IMG/VR virus record: IMGVR_UViG_3300006310_000001
Length of the DNA stretch: 64,000 nucleotides
Reading direction: 5' to 3' (one strand)
Origin: a virus
The stretch's first letter is position 1. Each line of letters opens with the position of its first letter. The notes under the pieces are model-generated. The model was not told where the DNA came from. It was given only the letters and a program-made list of their open reading frames with translations, and searched no databases. Shown in pieces: positions 56,224 through 64,000 of this stretch. The position numbers were made by a program, and so were the translations under genes.

Positions 56224-57858
56224 TTAGAGCCCTTTTCTGACAACTGGATACCAGACTGTTCCATATTCATCTACTTCTGTTTTCTCCCAATCAGGAGTAC
56301 CATCATCTACAAAACCAAAAGGAGCCATATCTTGCTCTATTAATTTTTCTTGTTCTTCATATAATTGTTGTCTAGCATTTGTATTAGTCATTTCTTTAAA
56401 GTAAGGTTGATTAGACAACCAACCAAATAATACAAGACAAGTCATTAAATCATCATTACATCCTTCTTCCGCTTGCCAAGAATTTCCTTTACGAGCATAA
56501 GTTGACATTTCTTCTATGATATTGAAGTCATTAATAATAACTTTATCTCCTTCAATCAATGTCTTAATGTTAGAACAACCAACTTTTTTAATCTGTTTTG
56601 TCATACGAACACCAAAACCAGAACCTCTTCCACTATATCCTGCACCCAATATCTGACCTGCTCTACCTCTTTGAGTAGTCATTAATAGATTAGGATATTC
56701 TAATTCATAGTTTAATGATTCACCTATTTGTTGACCTATATCATTTGTTTCACAAAGAATATCTGCCGTGTTATAACCCTTACACGCTTTTTGTATTAAG
56801 TGTGGAAATAGAATTGGTTTAACTTCATTACTTCTATATTTGGCAACAACTCTATAAGGCATTTGAGTAACATCAAACATTAAAAATGCTGAATAATCTC
56901 TATCTACACCTCTCGCTACATCAACACAACAAACATAATTTCTACCATTTACAACCTTTTCAAATACATCTAAACCACCACTTGAAGTTAATGGTGTCAT
57001 ATAAGGTGTTTGTTTAATCTTAACTGGTGAAATTAATGTATCTACTGATCCTAAAAATTCACACTCAAATTCTTGTTGAAATTGTGCTGCTGATGTATTA
57101 CGTATAGTTGTTTCTTTCCATTTTTCATCTCTACCTGGAACTTCTGACCAATGTACTTCAATAGGTTTATAATCATTTCTTCCATTTTCAGCGTCTGTCC
57201 ATAATTTATAAAATTGATTCATTCCGTGAGGTGTTGATACGATAATAACTTTTGAAGTTTTACCAGATGTAATAGTAGGATAAACTGAACTAAAAAACAT
57301 TTCTGCTATATTAGCAGGTACGAAAGCAAACTCATCAAGAAATATTATATTATATGTTCCTCCTCGTATTGCACTTGAAGATGTAGCAGCAGCAATAATA
57401 GTAGATTTATTTTCTAATTCTATATTACCTTTGTTCCAATTAATAACTCCTTGTTGCAACCATTTAGGCAAATTTTCATATGCCAATTGTAATCTTCCTA
57501 ATATATCTCTAGCAGTAGAAGATTTATTAGCAAGAATTGCTATGTTTGAATTTGGATTAAATATTGCATAGTGTAAAAGATATGCAATTGTTGTAGTTGA
57601 TTTACCTGATTGTCTAGGCAATTTGCAAATAGTAAATCTTTCTTTATCTATTGTAGTTACAATCTTCTTTTGGAAATCATATAGTTTAAAAGATATAAGT
57701 CCTTCATCAAGAGAAACGATTTTCATCCATTTCTCCATAAAATATATTGGATCTGTTTTACATTTCTGAAATTCTACAATTTGGTCTTCAGTAAATTCAA
57801 CTGGTATATTTACTTTTTTTAAATTAGGATTTCCTAAATATGCGTCTGTTACTGGCAT
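56224..57858 (-). CDS. 17: terminase large subunit gp17
   Basis: YLGNPNLK, PRQSGKST, LDEFAF, STPHG and DDLM; start at MPVT after the late promoter. Confidence 0.96.
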   Translation of the reverse strand: MPVTDAYLGNPNLKKVNIPVEFTEDQIVEFQKCKTDPIYFMEKWMKIVSLDEGLISFKLYDFQKKIVTTIDKERFTICKLPRQSGKSTTTIAYLLHYAIFNPNSNIAILANKSSTARDILGRLQLAYENLPKWLQQGVINWNKGNIELENKSTIIAAATSSSAIRGGTYNIIFLDEFAFVPANIAEMFFSSVYPTITSGKTSKVIIVSTPHGMNQFYKLWTDAENGRNDYKPIEVHWSEVPGRDEKWKETTIRNTSAAQFQQEFECEFLGSVDTLISPVKIKQTPYMTPLTSSGGLDVFEKVVNGRNYVCCVDVARGVDRDYSAFLMFDVTQMPYRVVAKYRSNEVKPILFPHLIQKACKGYNTADILCETNDIGQQIGESLNYELEYPNLLMTTQRGRAGQILGAGYSGRGSGFGVRMTKQIKKVGCSNIKTLIEGDKVIINDFNIIEEMSTYARKGNSWQAEEGCNDDLMTCLVLFGWLSNQPYFKEMTNTNARQQLYEEQEKLIEQDMAPFGFVDDGTPDWEKTEVDEYGTVWYPVVRKGL

Positions 57859-57863
57859 ATTAC

Positions 57864-57871
57864 TATTTATA
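57864..57871 (-). promoter_or_regulatory. late promoter TATAAATA for gp17
   Basis: Exact consensus. Confidence 0.75.
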
Positions 57872-58448
57872 ATTGATACCCAAACCAACCAGTTATGATA
57901 TATTTTTCGTGGGTCTTGGAAATTTGTCCGCTATGTGTATGTGTAAAGTCAGTCGGCCAAATCAAAGTCAAACCTTTTTCAGCAGGAGTTGTTGCATTTT
58001 GATATTTAAAATGTGTACCACCGTTAGGAACATCATTTAAATAAGTCATCCAAACAAGACAACGGTTTTCGTGCCTGGAAGTTCTTTCACAATGCTTAGT
58101 AAAATAACCTCCACCTGGTGGATAGTATTGTAAATTTCCTCCTTCAACCATTCCATATCTTTCAAACTCTTTAACTTCAGGATATTTCTCTTCGTATAGA
58201 CCAACACATTCTTTCAACGCATTTTTATATTTCATAAACCTTGGTTCTTCCCAATTTGGATCTAATCCAATATCTATAGAATCTTTTACTTCTTTATTAA
58301 TTTTTGAAGTGAAACCTACAACACCTGGTTTTTGTGCTTGTTTATTCTCTTTAAATAAATTTATAAGTCCATCACAAATACCAGAAGGAATATACCAACC
58401 TCCTATACAAGAAGTTGTTGGTATAATATATTCTCTATGTTTTGGCAT
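57867..58448 (-). CDS. 2OG-Fe(II) oxygenase (prolyl-hydroxylase-like)
   Basis: LQYYPPGGG, HCE, WMTYLND, WPTDFTHTH and KYIITGW. Confidence 0.85.
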   Translation of the reverse strand: MPKHREYIIPTTSCIGGWYIPSGICDGLINLFKENKQAQKPGVVGFTSKINKEVKDSIDIGLDPNWEEPRFMKYKNALKECVGLYEEKYPEVKEFERYGMVEGGNLQYYPPGGGYFTKHCERTSRHENRCLVWMTYLNDVPNGGTHFKYQNATTPAEKGLTLIWPTDFTHTHSGQISKTHEKYIITGWFGYQL

Positions 58449-59652
58449 TACTTTGTATTGCACTTTTACCTCCACATTTTTTCATAGCCGCTTTTAGTTT
58501 TACTACCATATCAAAGATTAATGCGTCTGTATGAAATGGTGTAGGAGTAAATCTTAATCTTTCAGTACCTACAGGAACAGTCGGCCAATTAATAGGTTGT
58601 ACATAGATACCTTCTTTATATAAAAGTTCATCTGATATTGCTTTAGCTCTTTTAGGGTCTCCAATAATTACAGGAACAATATGACTATCATTTTTCATAA
58701 CTTCTATACCTTGTCTAGCAAGTTCTAATTTAGTTTTATTTGCTCTTTCGTGTATTTGTTCTCTTAATTCAGGATGGTCTCTAACATATTTAATACTTGT
58801 TAAAGCACCAGCACAAATTACTGGACTTAAACTAGTTGTAAATATAAAAGCACTTGCCAAACTTCTTATGGCGTCAATAAAATCTTTTTTTCCTGCAATG
58901 TATCCACCTTGTACTCCAAATGCTTTTGCTAATGTTCCATTAATAATATCTACTTCTATATTATCTCTTTCAGTAATACCACCACCTGTTGCACCATATA
59001 AACCAACAGCGTGTACTTCATCTAAAAATGTTATTGCATTATATTTTTTAGCTAGTTCTACTATTTCTTTTACTGGTCCAATATCTCCGTCCATAGAATA
59101 TACACTTTCAAATACTACACATTTTGGACCTTCGTATGATTTTAAAATTCTTTCTAAATCTTCTACATCATTATGTTTAAATATTTCTTTCTTACATCTA
59201 CTATGCCTAATGCCTTGTATAAGAGAAGAGTGATTTAATGAGTCTGATATATACAATAAGTCAGGTATAATTTTTCCTAAAGTTTCTAAAGTTGTTTGAT
59301 TAGCATTATATGCTGAAGTAAATATTAATGCCTTTTCTTTTTTATGAAAATCTGCTAATTCGGTTTCTAAAGCATTATGGTAGTGAGTAGAACCAGATAT
59401 GTTTCTTGTACCTCCAGCACCTGCCCCACTTGATTCTAATGCTGTTTTCATTGAGTCTATAACATAAGAGTGTTGTCCCATACCTAAATAATCGTTAGAA
59501 CACCAATTGACTATTTTTTTAATTGAGTATTTTGAATACCAAATAGCGTGAGGAAAGTTTCCTCTAGTCCTAACTATATCATTAAAGACTCGGTATCTTC
59601 CATCTTCTTTATATTCATTTATTATTTTTGTAAATTCTTCTAAATGTTTCAC
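58435..59652 (-). CDS. hemA: 5-aminolevulinate synthase (Shemin/C4 pathway, PLP-dependent)
   Basis: RYRVF...RGNFP, WCSNDYLGMGQH, GAGGTRNISG, DEVHAVGLYG, GTLAKAFG (PLP Lys) and INWPTVP.GTERLR. Confidence 0.93.
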   Translation of the reverse strand: MKHLEEFTKIINEYKEDGRYRVFNDIVRTRGNFPHAIWYSKYSIKKIVNWCSNDYLGMGQHSYVIDSMKTALESSGAGAGGTRNISGSTHYHNALETELADFHKKEKALIFTSAYNANQTTLETLGKIIPDLLYISDSLNHSSLIQGIRHSRCKKEIFKHNDVEDLERILKSYEGPKCVVFESVYSMDGDIGPVKEIVELAKKYNAITFLDEVHAVGLYGATGGGITERDNIEVDIINGTLAKAFGVQGGYIAGKKDFIDAIRSLASAFIFTTSLSPVICAGALTSIKYVRDHPELREQIHERANKTKLELARQGIEVMKNDSHIVPVIIGDPKRAKAISDELLYKEGIYVQPINWPTVPVGTERLRFTPTPFHTDALIFDMVVKLKAAMKKCGGKSAIQSNAKT

Positions 59653-59939
59653 TTAACTATAACTCCTTCTATATGGGTATAACCTAATTGTATAGCAGCC
59701 TGCACTCGTTGACTACCTTTCCACACACTATATTCTTTTTCTATATATGGTATACCCATAGGACCATATCTAGGTACTTCGGATACAATGTGTTCTTTTA
59801 CTTCTATTGGATAATTTAGTGATTCACCATCTAATAATTCTTTTAATGGTGTCATTGACTTAATATAAATTAAGTCTTTTAGTACGATAGGAATTTTATT
59901 CGCTATCTTTTGATTTGCCGTCAATAGTTTCATTTTCAA
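59649..59939 (-). CDS. small ParB/Srx-like domain protein
   Basis: VWKGSQRVQAAIQLGYTHI resembles the ParB GxxRxxA...LG motif. Confidence 0.5.
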   Translation of the reverse strand: MKMKLLTANQKIANKIPIVLKDLIYIKSMTPLKELLDGESLNYPIEVKEHIVSEVPRYGPMGIPYIEKEYSVWKGSQRVQAAIQLGYTHIEGVIVK

Positions 59940-60402
59940 TTCTCTTTTCTTTTTTAGTTTCCATACTTTGTTTATTCAACATCTTTTGTAATTCTGCTGT
60001 TGAACCTACAAATAAAGCATTTTTTATATTTGCGTTTGTTCTGCCAGGTAATTCTTTTAAGTCTTTAAATTTCTTTTGTAGGTCTTGTAATTTATCAACT
60101 GTAGTACCAACTTGTCCTATCAATTGCCCAACAACTTCATATGCTCTAGGGTGTTGTCCTTCTTTTGCAATATCTAATATGCCTTGTATTGCTTCTTGTC
60201 CTTTTTCTATTATACTGTAATAACTTTCTCTACTGTAATCATAGTCAGTATTAATATCCTTTTCAACTTTTAAAGGAACTTCTCCATTCTTTCTAGGAAC
60301 AGGTGGTTTAAAACCTTTTTGTGGTTCAAGGTTCTCTGGAACAACTTTATTTGTTCCTTCTAATCCCAATATTTCATTTACACTATCTTCCAATTTAGCC
60401 AT
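59896..60402 (-). CDS. 16: terminase small subunit gp16
   Basis: DYDYSR, HPRAYEV and NALFVGSTAELQK. Confidence 0.9.
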   Translation of the reverse strand: MAKLEDSVNEILGLEGTNKVVPENLEPQKGFKPPVPRKNGEVPLKVEKDINTDYDYSRESYYSIIEKGQEAIQGILDIAKEGQHPRAYEVVGQLIGQVGTTVDKLQDLQKKFKDLKELPGRTNANIKNALFVGSTAELQKMLNKQSMETKKEKRIENETIDGKSKDSE

Positions 60403-61205
60403 TATTCATCTTCTCCTGTTACTGGATTATATTTCTTTGTATCATCATAGAAACTAATCTTTGTTGTAAATCCAAAATCATCATCTGCATTAGCACTTTC
60501 AGGATTTGGTATTACTATAATTCTTTCTTCTCTTGATAAAGGAGCATCCGTAGATGTTCCTAAATCTGCTTGTGATTTTCTAATAACTTTACTTTGTGCC
60601 ATAGGTCCATATAAGTAAGTTTTAGCAGTAAACGCTAAAGTATATATAACAGCTCTTCGCTTATTAAAATCACCATCATAAGTATCTTCATAACTTACAT
60701 CATCTAAAACAATAGGTACGTCCCTTTTAATATTTAATTCTGGTATTGCATTAATAGTTACTGTATAATCTGGTGCAAAGTATGGTAATATTTGTTCAAT
60801 TATCTGTAGTCCATTTTCTGCTGTAGCAGTAAAAGAATAAAGATTAAATTGTATATCATAGGGTACAGGTGAATAATTAAAATTATGTATAGTAGAATCA
60901 GAAGTTTTAACTCTAACTGTTTTTTGAAGTTTGTTTAGTTTTCTAGTAGCGTCATACTTTAAACCTTTTAATTCAAATCCCATTCTAGGTAAAACAATTG
61001 CAAAAGTTCTACCTTTCTGCAAATTTGATTGTTGGTCTATTCTGGCTATAAACTTTTCTTTAGGAGCGTATGCTAAAGGCACACGTATTCTTTTAGTAAC
61101 AGCACCTGTACTAGATTTTTGTTGAACGATTATATTATTAAAAATTTGTCCAAATGCAATAGTTAGTCTTCTTAAACTTTGATTATAAAAATGTGTTCCG
61201 AACAT
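60402..61205 (-). CDS. 15: tail sheath stabilizer/completion gp15
   Basis: VPLAYAPKEK, LPRMGFE and QIIEQILPYF. Confidence 0.93.
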   Translation of the reverse strand: MFGTHFYNQSLRRLTIAFGQIFNNIIVQQKSSTGAVTKRIRVPLAYAPKEKFIARIDQQSNLQKGRTFAIVLPRMGFELKGLKYDATRKLNKLQKTVRVKTSDSTIHNFNYSPVPYDIQFNLYSFTATAENGLQIIEQILPYFAPDYTVTINAIPELNIKRDVPIVLDDVSYEDTYDGDFNKRRAVIYTLAFTAKTYLYGPMAQSKVIRKSQADLGTSTDAPLSREERIIVIPNPESANADDDFGFTTKISFYDDTKKYNPVTGEDE

Positions 61206-61210
61206 ATAGT

Positions 61211-62044
61211 CTACTCGTCAATTTCCCCGAATGGATTTCTTTCTGTAAAGTCAAGTATATCATCCGCTGTTGAAACAGTATCATATCCTGCTTCTTTATT
61301 CAAGTCTAAATTATCTGCATATGGAGATTGTGTCTGTATATTAGACTCTGTAAAATCTTCGTTCATTAAAAGTGCTGGTTGACCAGTTGAATAATCGTGA
61401 TAACTTTCTAATTGTACTGAACCTGCACCTGTCATAACTTCTTGTCCATATTCTAAAGTAAACTTATATGCTAATTGGTCTAGTGTATGTGTATCTTCGT
61501 GTGAGTCAATAGTAGATAAACCAGTATCAAGTTTTTCACTTGAATATTCCCAACGAGTTACTTTTAATTTATAAACTGGCAGATTGCCTAATTGGAAAAA
61601 TGGTTCTTGGTCTTCTACAAATAAAATTTCAAAAAAAGATTTCATCAAAGGCACATATATAATATCACCTTCGTTTGGTCTTCCTGTAACTGATAAAGAA
61701 GAACCAACCTGTGTTGCCTTATTACCAACTAAATTTGTCCAACTTCTTTTTGAAACCATTAATGATGTATCATCACGAATTTCTAATCCAAACTTACTTA
61801 TGATTTCTTGTTCACCAGCAAATCCTGTATTATTTTCAAAATACATTTCTATCAAATAAGAATCATCAAATCTACTAGATACATCTTCTCCTAGTATTAA
61901 ATCTTTATTGACTAATGTTCGTGGTAAGTAGTAGACATCCTGACCGTAAATTTTAAGACCTTCAACTATTATATCTTCGTGTAGTCTTTGTTCGGCAGCA
62001 TTACCTATGCCTTTTCCACCTTGAAAGTAATGATTAACTGGCAT
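61211..62044 (-). CDS. 14: neck protein gp14
   Basis: YGQDVYYLPR, SKFGL and RPNEGDIIY. Confidence 0.93.
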   Translation of the reverse strand: MPVNHYFQGGKGIGNAAEQRLHEDIIVEGLKIYGQDVYYLPRTLVNKDLILGEDVSSRFDDSYLIEMYFENNTGFAGEQEIISKFGLEIRDDTSLMVSKRSWTNLVGNKATQVGSSLSVTGRPNEGDIIYVPLMKSFFEILFVEDQEPFFQLGNLPVYKLKVTRWEYSSEKLDTGLSTIDSHEDTHTLDQLAYKFTLEYGQEVMTGAGSVQLESYHDYSTGQPALLMNEDFTESNIQTQSPYADNLDLNKEAGYDTVSTADDILDFTERNPFGEIDE

Positions 62045-62048
62045 AGCA

Positions 62049-62870
62049 TTATCCTATCATAAAAGGTTGCGGTTCTTCAAACTCGCTTCTTAATTTTATT
62101 TCCAATTTATCCAAATCTTCTAGTGCTTCACTATAAATTTGTTTACCGTTTAATGTAACTCCACCAAGCATTGCAACACCATCAAACTTACTTAAATTGG
62201 CTCCCCATTGTTTTTTAAATAAAGCAGTTACGTATCTTTTTAACCAAATATCATTAAAGACATCTGTATATGTGTTAGGGTCTAATTTTCTCCAGCATTC
62301 TATTACAAGAAATTCATCTACTTGTAAATCATTTTTCCAATCCATATCAACATAAAGTCTATTATCTAATTGGTTAAATCTATAAGGTTTTTCTCCGACT
62401 AATATATGGTCTAAAAAATCTAAATGTCTTAATACAACATCATAGTTAATAACAGACGTTGAAGAAAAATCATATAGGTCATTTAATCTTAATTGATATC
62501 TAACATCAAATAAATTTAAATTACCTTTATTTGAAAATGGAAAAATGTTAATTACAGATATAACAGATTCAGGACATACAATATACTGATTGCCTTCTTT
62601 CCATTCTGTATTTACTACAGAAGAATCACCATATGTTTTAGATTCAGTTTCAGTACTATCTGCTAAAATTCTAGCTTTATCTGCCGCTGTATACTTGTAT
62701 TTTAAATAGGTTCTTTTAACACCATCATAGTGGTATTGAGCAAAATATTGTAATGCTTCATCAAGTCTATCTTCCAGTTGGTCGTCATCAACGTTGATTT
62801 CAATTACTGGTTTACCTAATGCTCTTAAAGCGTATTGTTTTACTGTTTCTCTGGATGCTGGTTCTGCCAT
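62049..62870 (-). CDS. 13: neck protein gp13
   Basis: LRALGKPVIEINVDDDQ and QWGANLSKF...GGVTLNG. Confidence 0.94.
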   Translation of the reverse strand: MAEPASRETVKQYALRALGKPVIEINVDDDQLEDRLDEALQYFAQYHYDGVKRTYLKYKYTAADKARILADSTETESKTYGDSSVVNTEWKEGNQYIVCPESVISVINIFPFSNKGNLNLFDVRYQLRLNDLYDFSSTSVINYDVVLRHLDFLDHILVGEKPYRFNQLDNRLYVDMDWKNDLQVDEFLVIECWRKLDPNTYTDVFNDIWLKRYVTALFKKQWGANLSKFDGVAMLGGVTLNGKQIYSEALEDLDKLEIKLRSEFEEPQPFMIG

Positions 62871-62888
62871 ACTGGTTCCTTTATTGTA

Positions 62889-62896
62889 TATTTATA
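62889..62896 (-). promoter_or_regulatory. late promoter TATAAATA for gp13
   Basis: Exact consensus. Confidence 0.75.
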
Positions 62897-62903
62897 ATAA
62901 CAA

Positions 62904-63581
62904 TTATATCTTCGGAAACAAATTATCAGTACAGAATAGTTTTATATCATCTTCAGGCAGTCCAAGAGTTTTCATTACTCTAGGGGTGTGTGGATTTTGT
63001 TGTTGGTGTTCGCAATAGAAGTTTTGCGCTCTTATTACATCTTCTTCCTTTGAATCGCTATTATAATGACCAATTTTGTCAAGATAATTTTCTAAATTAG
63101 ACGTAGCTAGAGTACATATTTGGTTTAATTCTTTTTCTTCTGTTACTCTACCAGCAGCAATCATACCAGGACTAAAGATAGCCTTTGCCCAATCAGGCAA
63201 TTCTCTTTCTTTAGATGGTTTAAACCATTTATTCTCTTCTATAAAATACTTTGTTAAGGGATGGTCTTTTAATAATAGTGGACTAAAATCGTGAAAGACA
63301 CCTGTTATCTTTTTCTTACCTGCAATAACATCAAATCCATAAATTGGACCACCATTTGTTAAATTTGGAAATAAACATATATGTGCCATCCAAAGACCTT
63401 TTGTTTCTCTGGCGTCCACTACGTCTACGTGAGCACGTCTTACACTCATATTAGACCAAGTACGGTTGGTCCAAGTATCATTATTAAATCTATCCATACC
63501 CTCTTCGTTGTATTCTTTACAACGTCTATCAAGTATAGCGATTATTTCTTTTTCTAATTTAATTAGTCGTTCCCAAATCAT
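62904..63581 (-). CDS. pcyX: ferredoxin-dependent bilin reductase, PcyX-type
   Basis: FDBR motifs FP...PIYGFDVIAG, FHDFSP, LPDWA.IFS and Q.QNPHT; His67/Asp84 spacing matches PcyA His88/Asp105; adjacent to heme oxygenase. Confidence 0.85.
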   Translation of the reverse strand: MIWERLIKLEKEIIAILDRRCKEYNEEGMDRFNNDTWTNRTWSNMSVRRAHVDVVDARETKGLWMAHICLFPNLTNGGPIYGFDVIAGKKKITGVFHDFSPLLLKDHPLTKYFIEENKWFKPSKERELPDWAKAIFSPGMIAAGRVTEEKELNQICTLATSNLENYLDKIGHYNSDSKEEDVIRAQNFYCEHQQQNPHTPRVMKTLGLPEDDIKLFCTDNLFPKI

Positions 63582-64000
63582 CTTTAACCTCGTTAGTTAA
63601 AATTAAAGGTTTTGAATAATCCATATCGTTCATTTCTTTGAACAATTGTGTAGCAGTTGCAAAACAAAATTTAACTTCATTTAGAATATTAAGTTTATAA
63701 ACATTTAAATAACTGTTTATCATTTCTCTTACTATTCGTTTATACTCTTTTATTTCTTTATGTTTAAACTTGTAATAACGATTAGGTCCTGGTGTTCTTT
63801 TCATTATCATTTGACCACCAGATACATCTCCTAAATGTCTAGTATAGATATGACCGTATAATTTTTCTGCGTCTTCTTTGATTGTTTCAATATGAGCAAC
63901 ATAATCTTTAGTACTTTGAGTTACTGTTGGAAGGTCTTCACTTGTCCATAATGCTTTAAAATCATAATGTAAATGTTCTGCTCTAGGTAAATTAGGAGTT
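63559..64000 (-). CDS. hemO: heme oxygenase (C-terminal part; 5' end outside the window)
   Basis: The frame is open from the window edge: LPRAEHL..D...HIYTRHLGDVSGGQ...EVKFCF. The ORF track shows only the last 83 aa. Confidence 0.9.
   Translation of the reverse strand, partial: TPNLPRAEHLHYDFKALWTSEDLPTVTQSTKDYVAHIETIKEDAEKLYGHIYTRHLGDVSGGQMIMKRTPGPNRYYKFKHKEIKEYKRIVREMINSYLNVYKLNILNEVKFCFATATQLFKEMNDMDYSKPLILTNEVKDDLGTTN

Noticed and set aside
12411-58448. TET/JBP-type DNA base oxidase among the 2OG oxygenases
   Set aside because: Motifs fit prolyl-hydroxylase-like or HxH families; no TET/JBP signature was recognised, so a link to DNA modification is unsupported.
58435-59652. Alternative call as BioF/KBL/serine palmitoyltransferase
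   Set aside because: ALAS-specific segments (RYRxF...FP, WCSNDYLGMGQH, GGTRNISG) are present.
2284-63018. Dozens of plus-strand ORFs in the track (e.g. 2284-2763, 13896-14207, 32609-33088, 37198-37617)
   Set aside because: They are antisense shadows of well-supported minus-strand genes, with Ser/Phe/Leu-rich composition, no RBS and no motifs. Only 9683-9883 sits in a free gap.
62904-63581. Cyanophage PebS/PcyA assignment implying a cyanobacterial host
   Set aside because: No photosynthesis genes (psbA, hli, petF) are in the window. ALAS is absent from cyanobacteria, which use the C5 pathway, and the Fd is ISC-type. PcyX with an alphaproteobacterial host fits better.
1-64000. Alternative genetic code, inteins or introns in core genes, tRNA genes
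   Set aside because: Core genes (gp43, gp17, gp41, gp46, gp23, uvsW) are intact at normal length in the standard code. No intein/intron insertions or cloverleaf/TPsiC motifs were seen by eye.

Overview
AT-rich segment (roughly 30% GC by eye) of a marine T4-like myovirus genome. Almost all genes are on the minus strand. The host is probably an alphaproteobacterium such as SAR11/Pelagibacter; this is inferred from low GC, an alphaproteobacterial-type ALA synthase, bS21 and a hemO-pcyX pair. Recognisable T4 core genes: neck/tail/terminase/head (gp13-gp23, gp3), uvsY/uvsW/uvsX, gp55, gp47/gp46, gp45/gp44/gp62, regA, gp43 and gp41. Accessory genes are interleaved with the core. (1) A tetrapyrrole-to-bilin set: 5-aminolevulinate synthase inserted between gp16 and gp17, heme oxygenase (cut by the window edge) with a PcyX-type bilin reductase, and a [2Fe-2S] ferredoxin with an NfuA-like Fe-S carrier. 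(2) A translation-control set: bS21, a RimK-RimB-like fusion, peptide deformylase, CspA, Hsp20 and RegA. (3) A glycosyltransferase/deacetylase/epimerase cluster behind the DNA polymerase, plus three DNA methyltransferases. (4) Five 2OG-Fe(II) oxygenases and a flavin halogenase. (5) A late-transcribed left-end block whose proteins start with T4 capsid-targeting-like leaders (KFKEF...E), including a 913-aa kinase/Pol-beta NTase/HIGH-NTase fusion and a KxDG ligase-like protein, suggesting a packaged enzyme payload. A ~300-nt pseudoknot-rich non-coding region lies between bS21 and hsp20. No tRNA, rRNA or CRISPR array was seen. All calls come from motif reading; no database searches were run.
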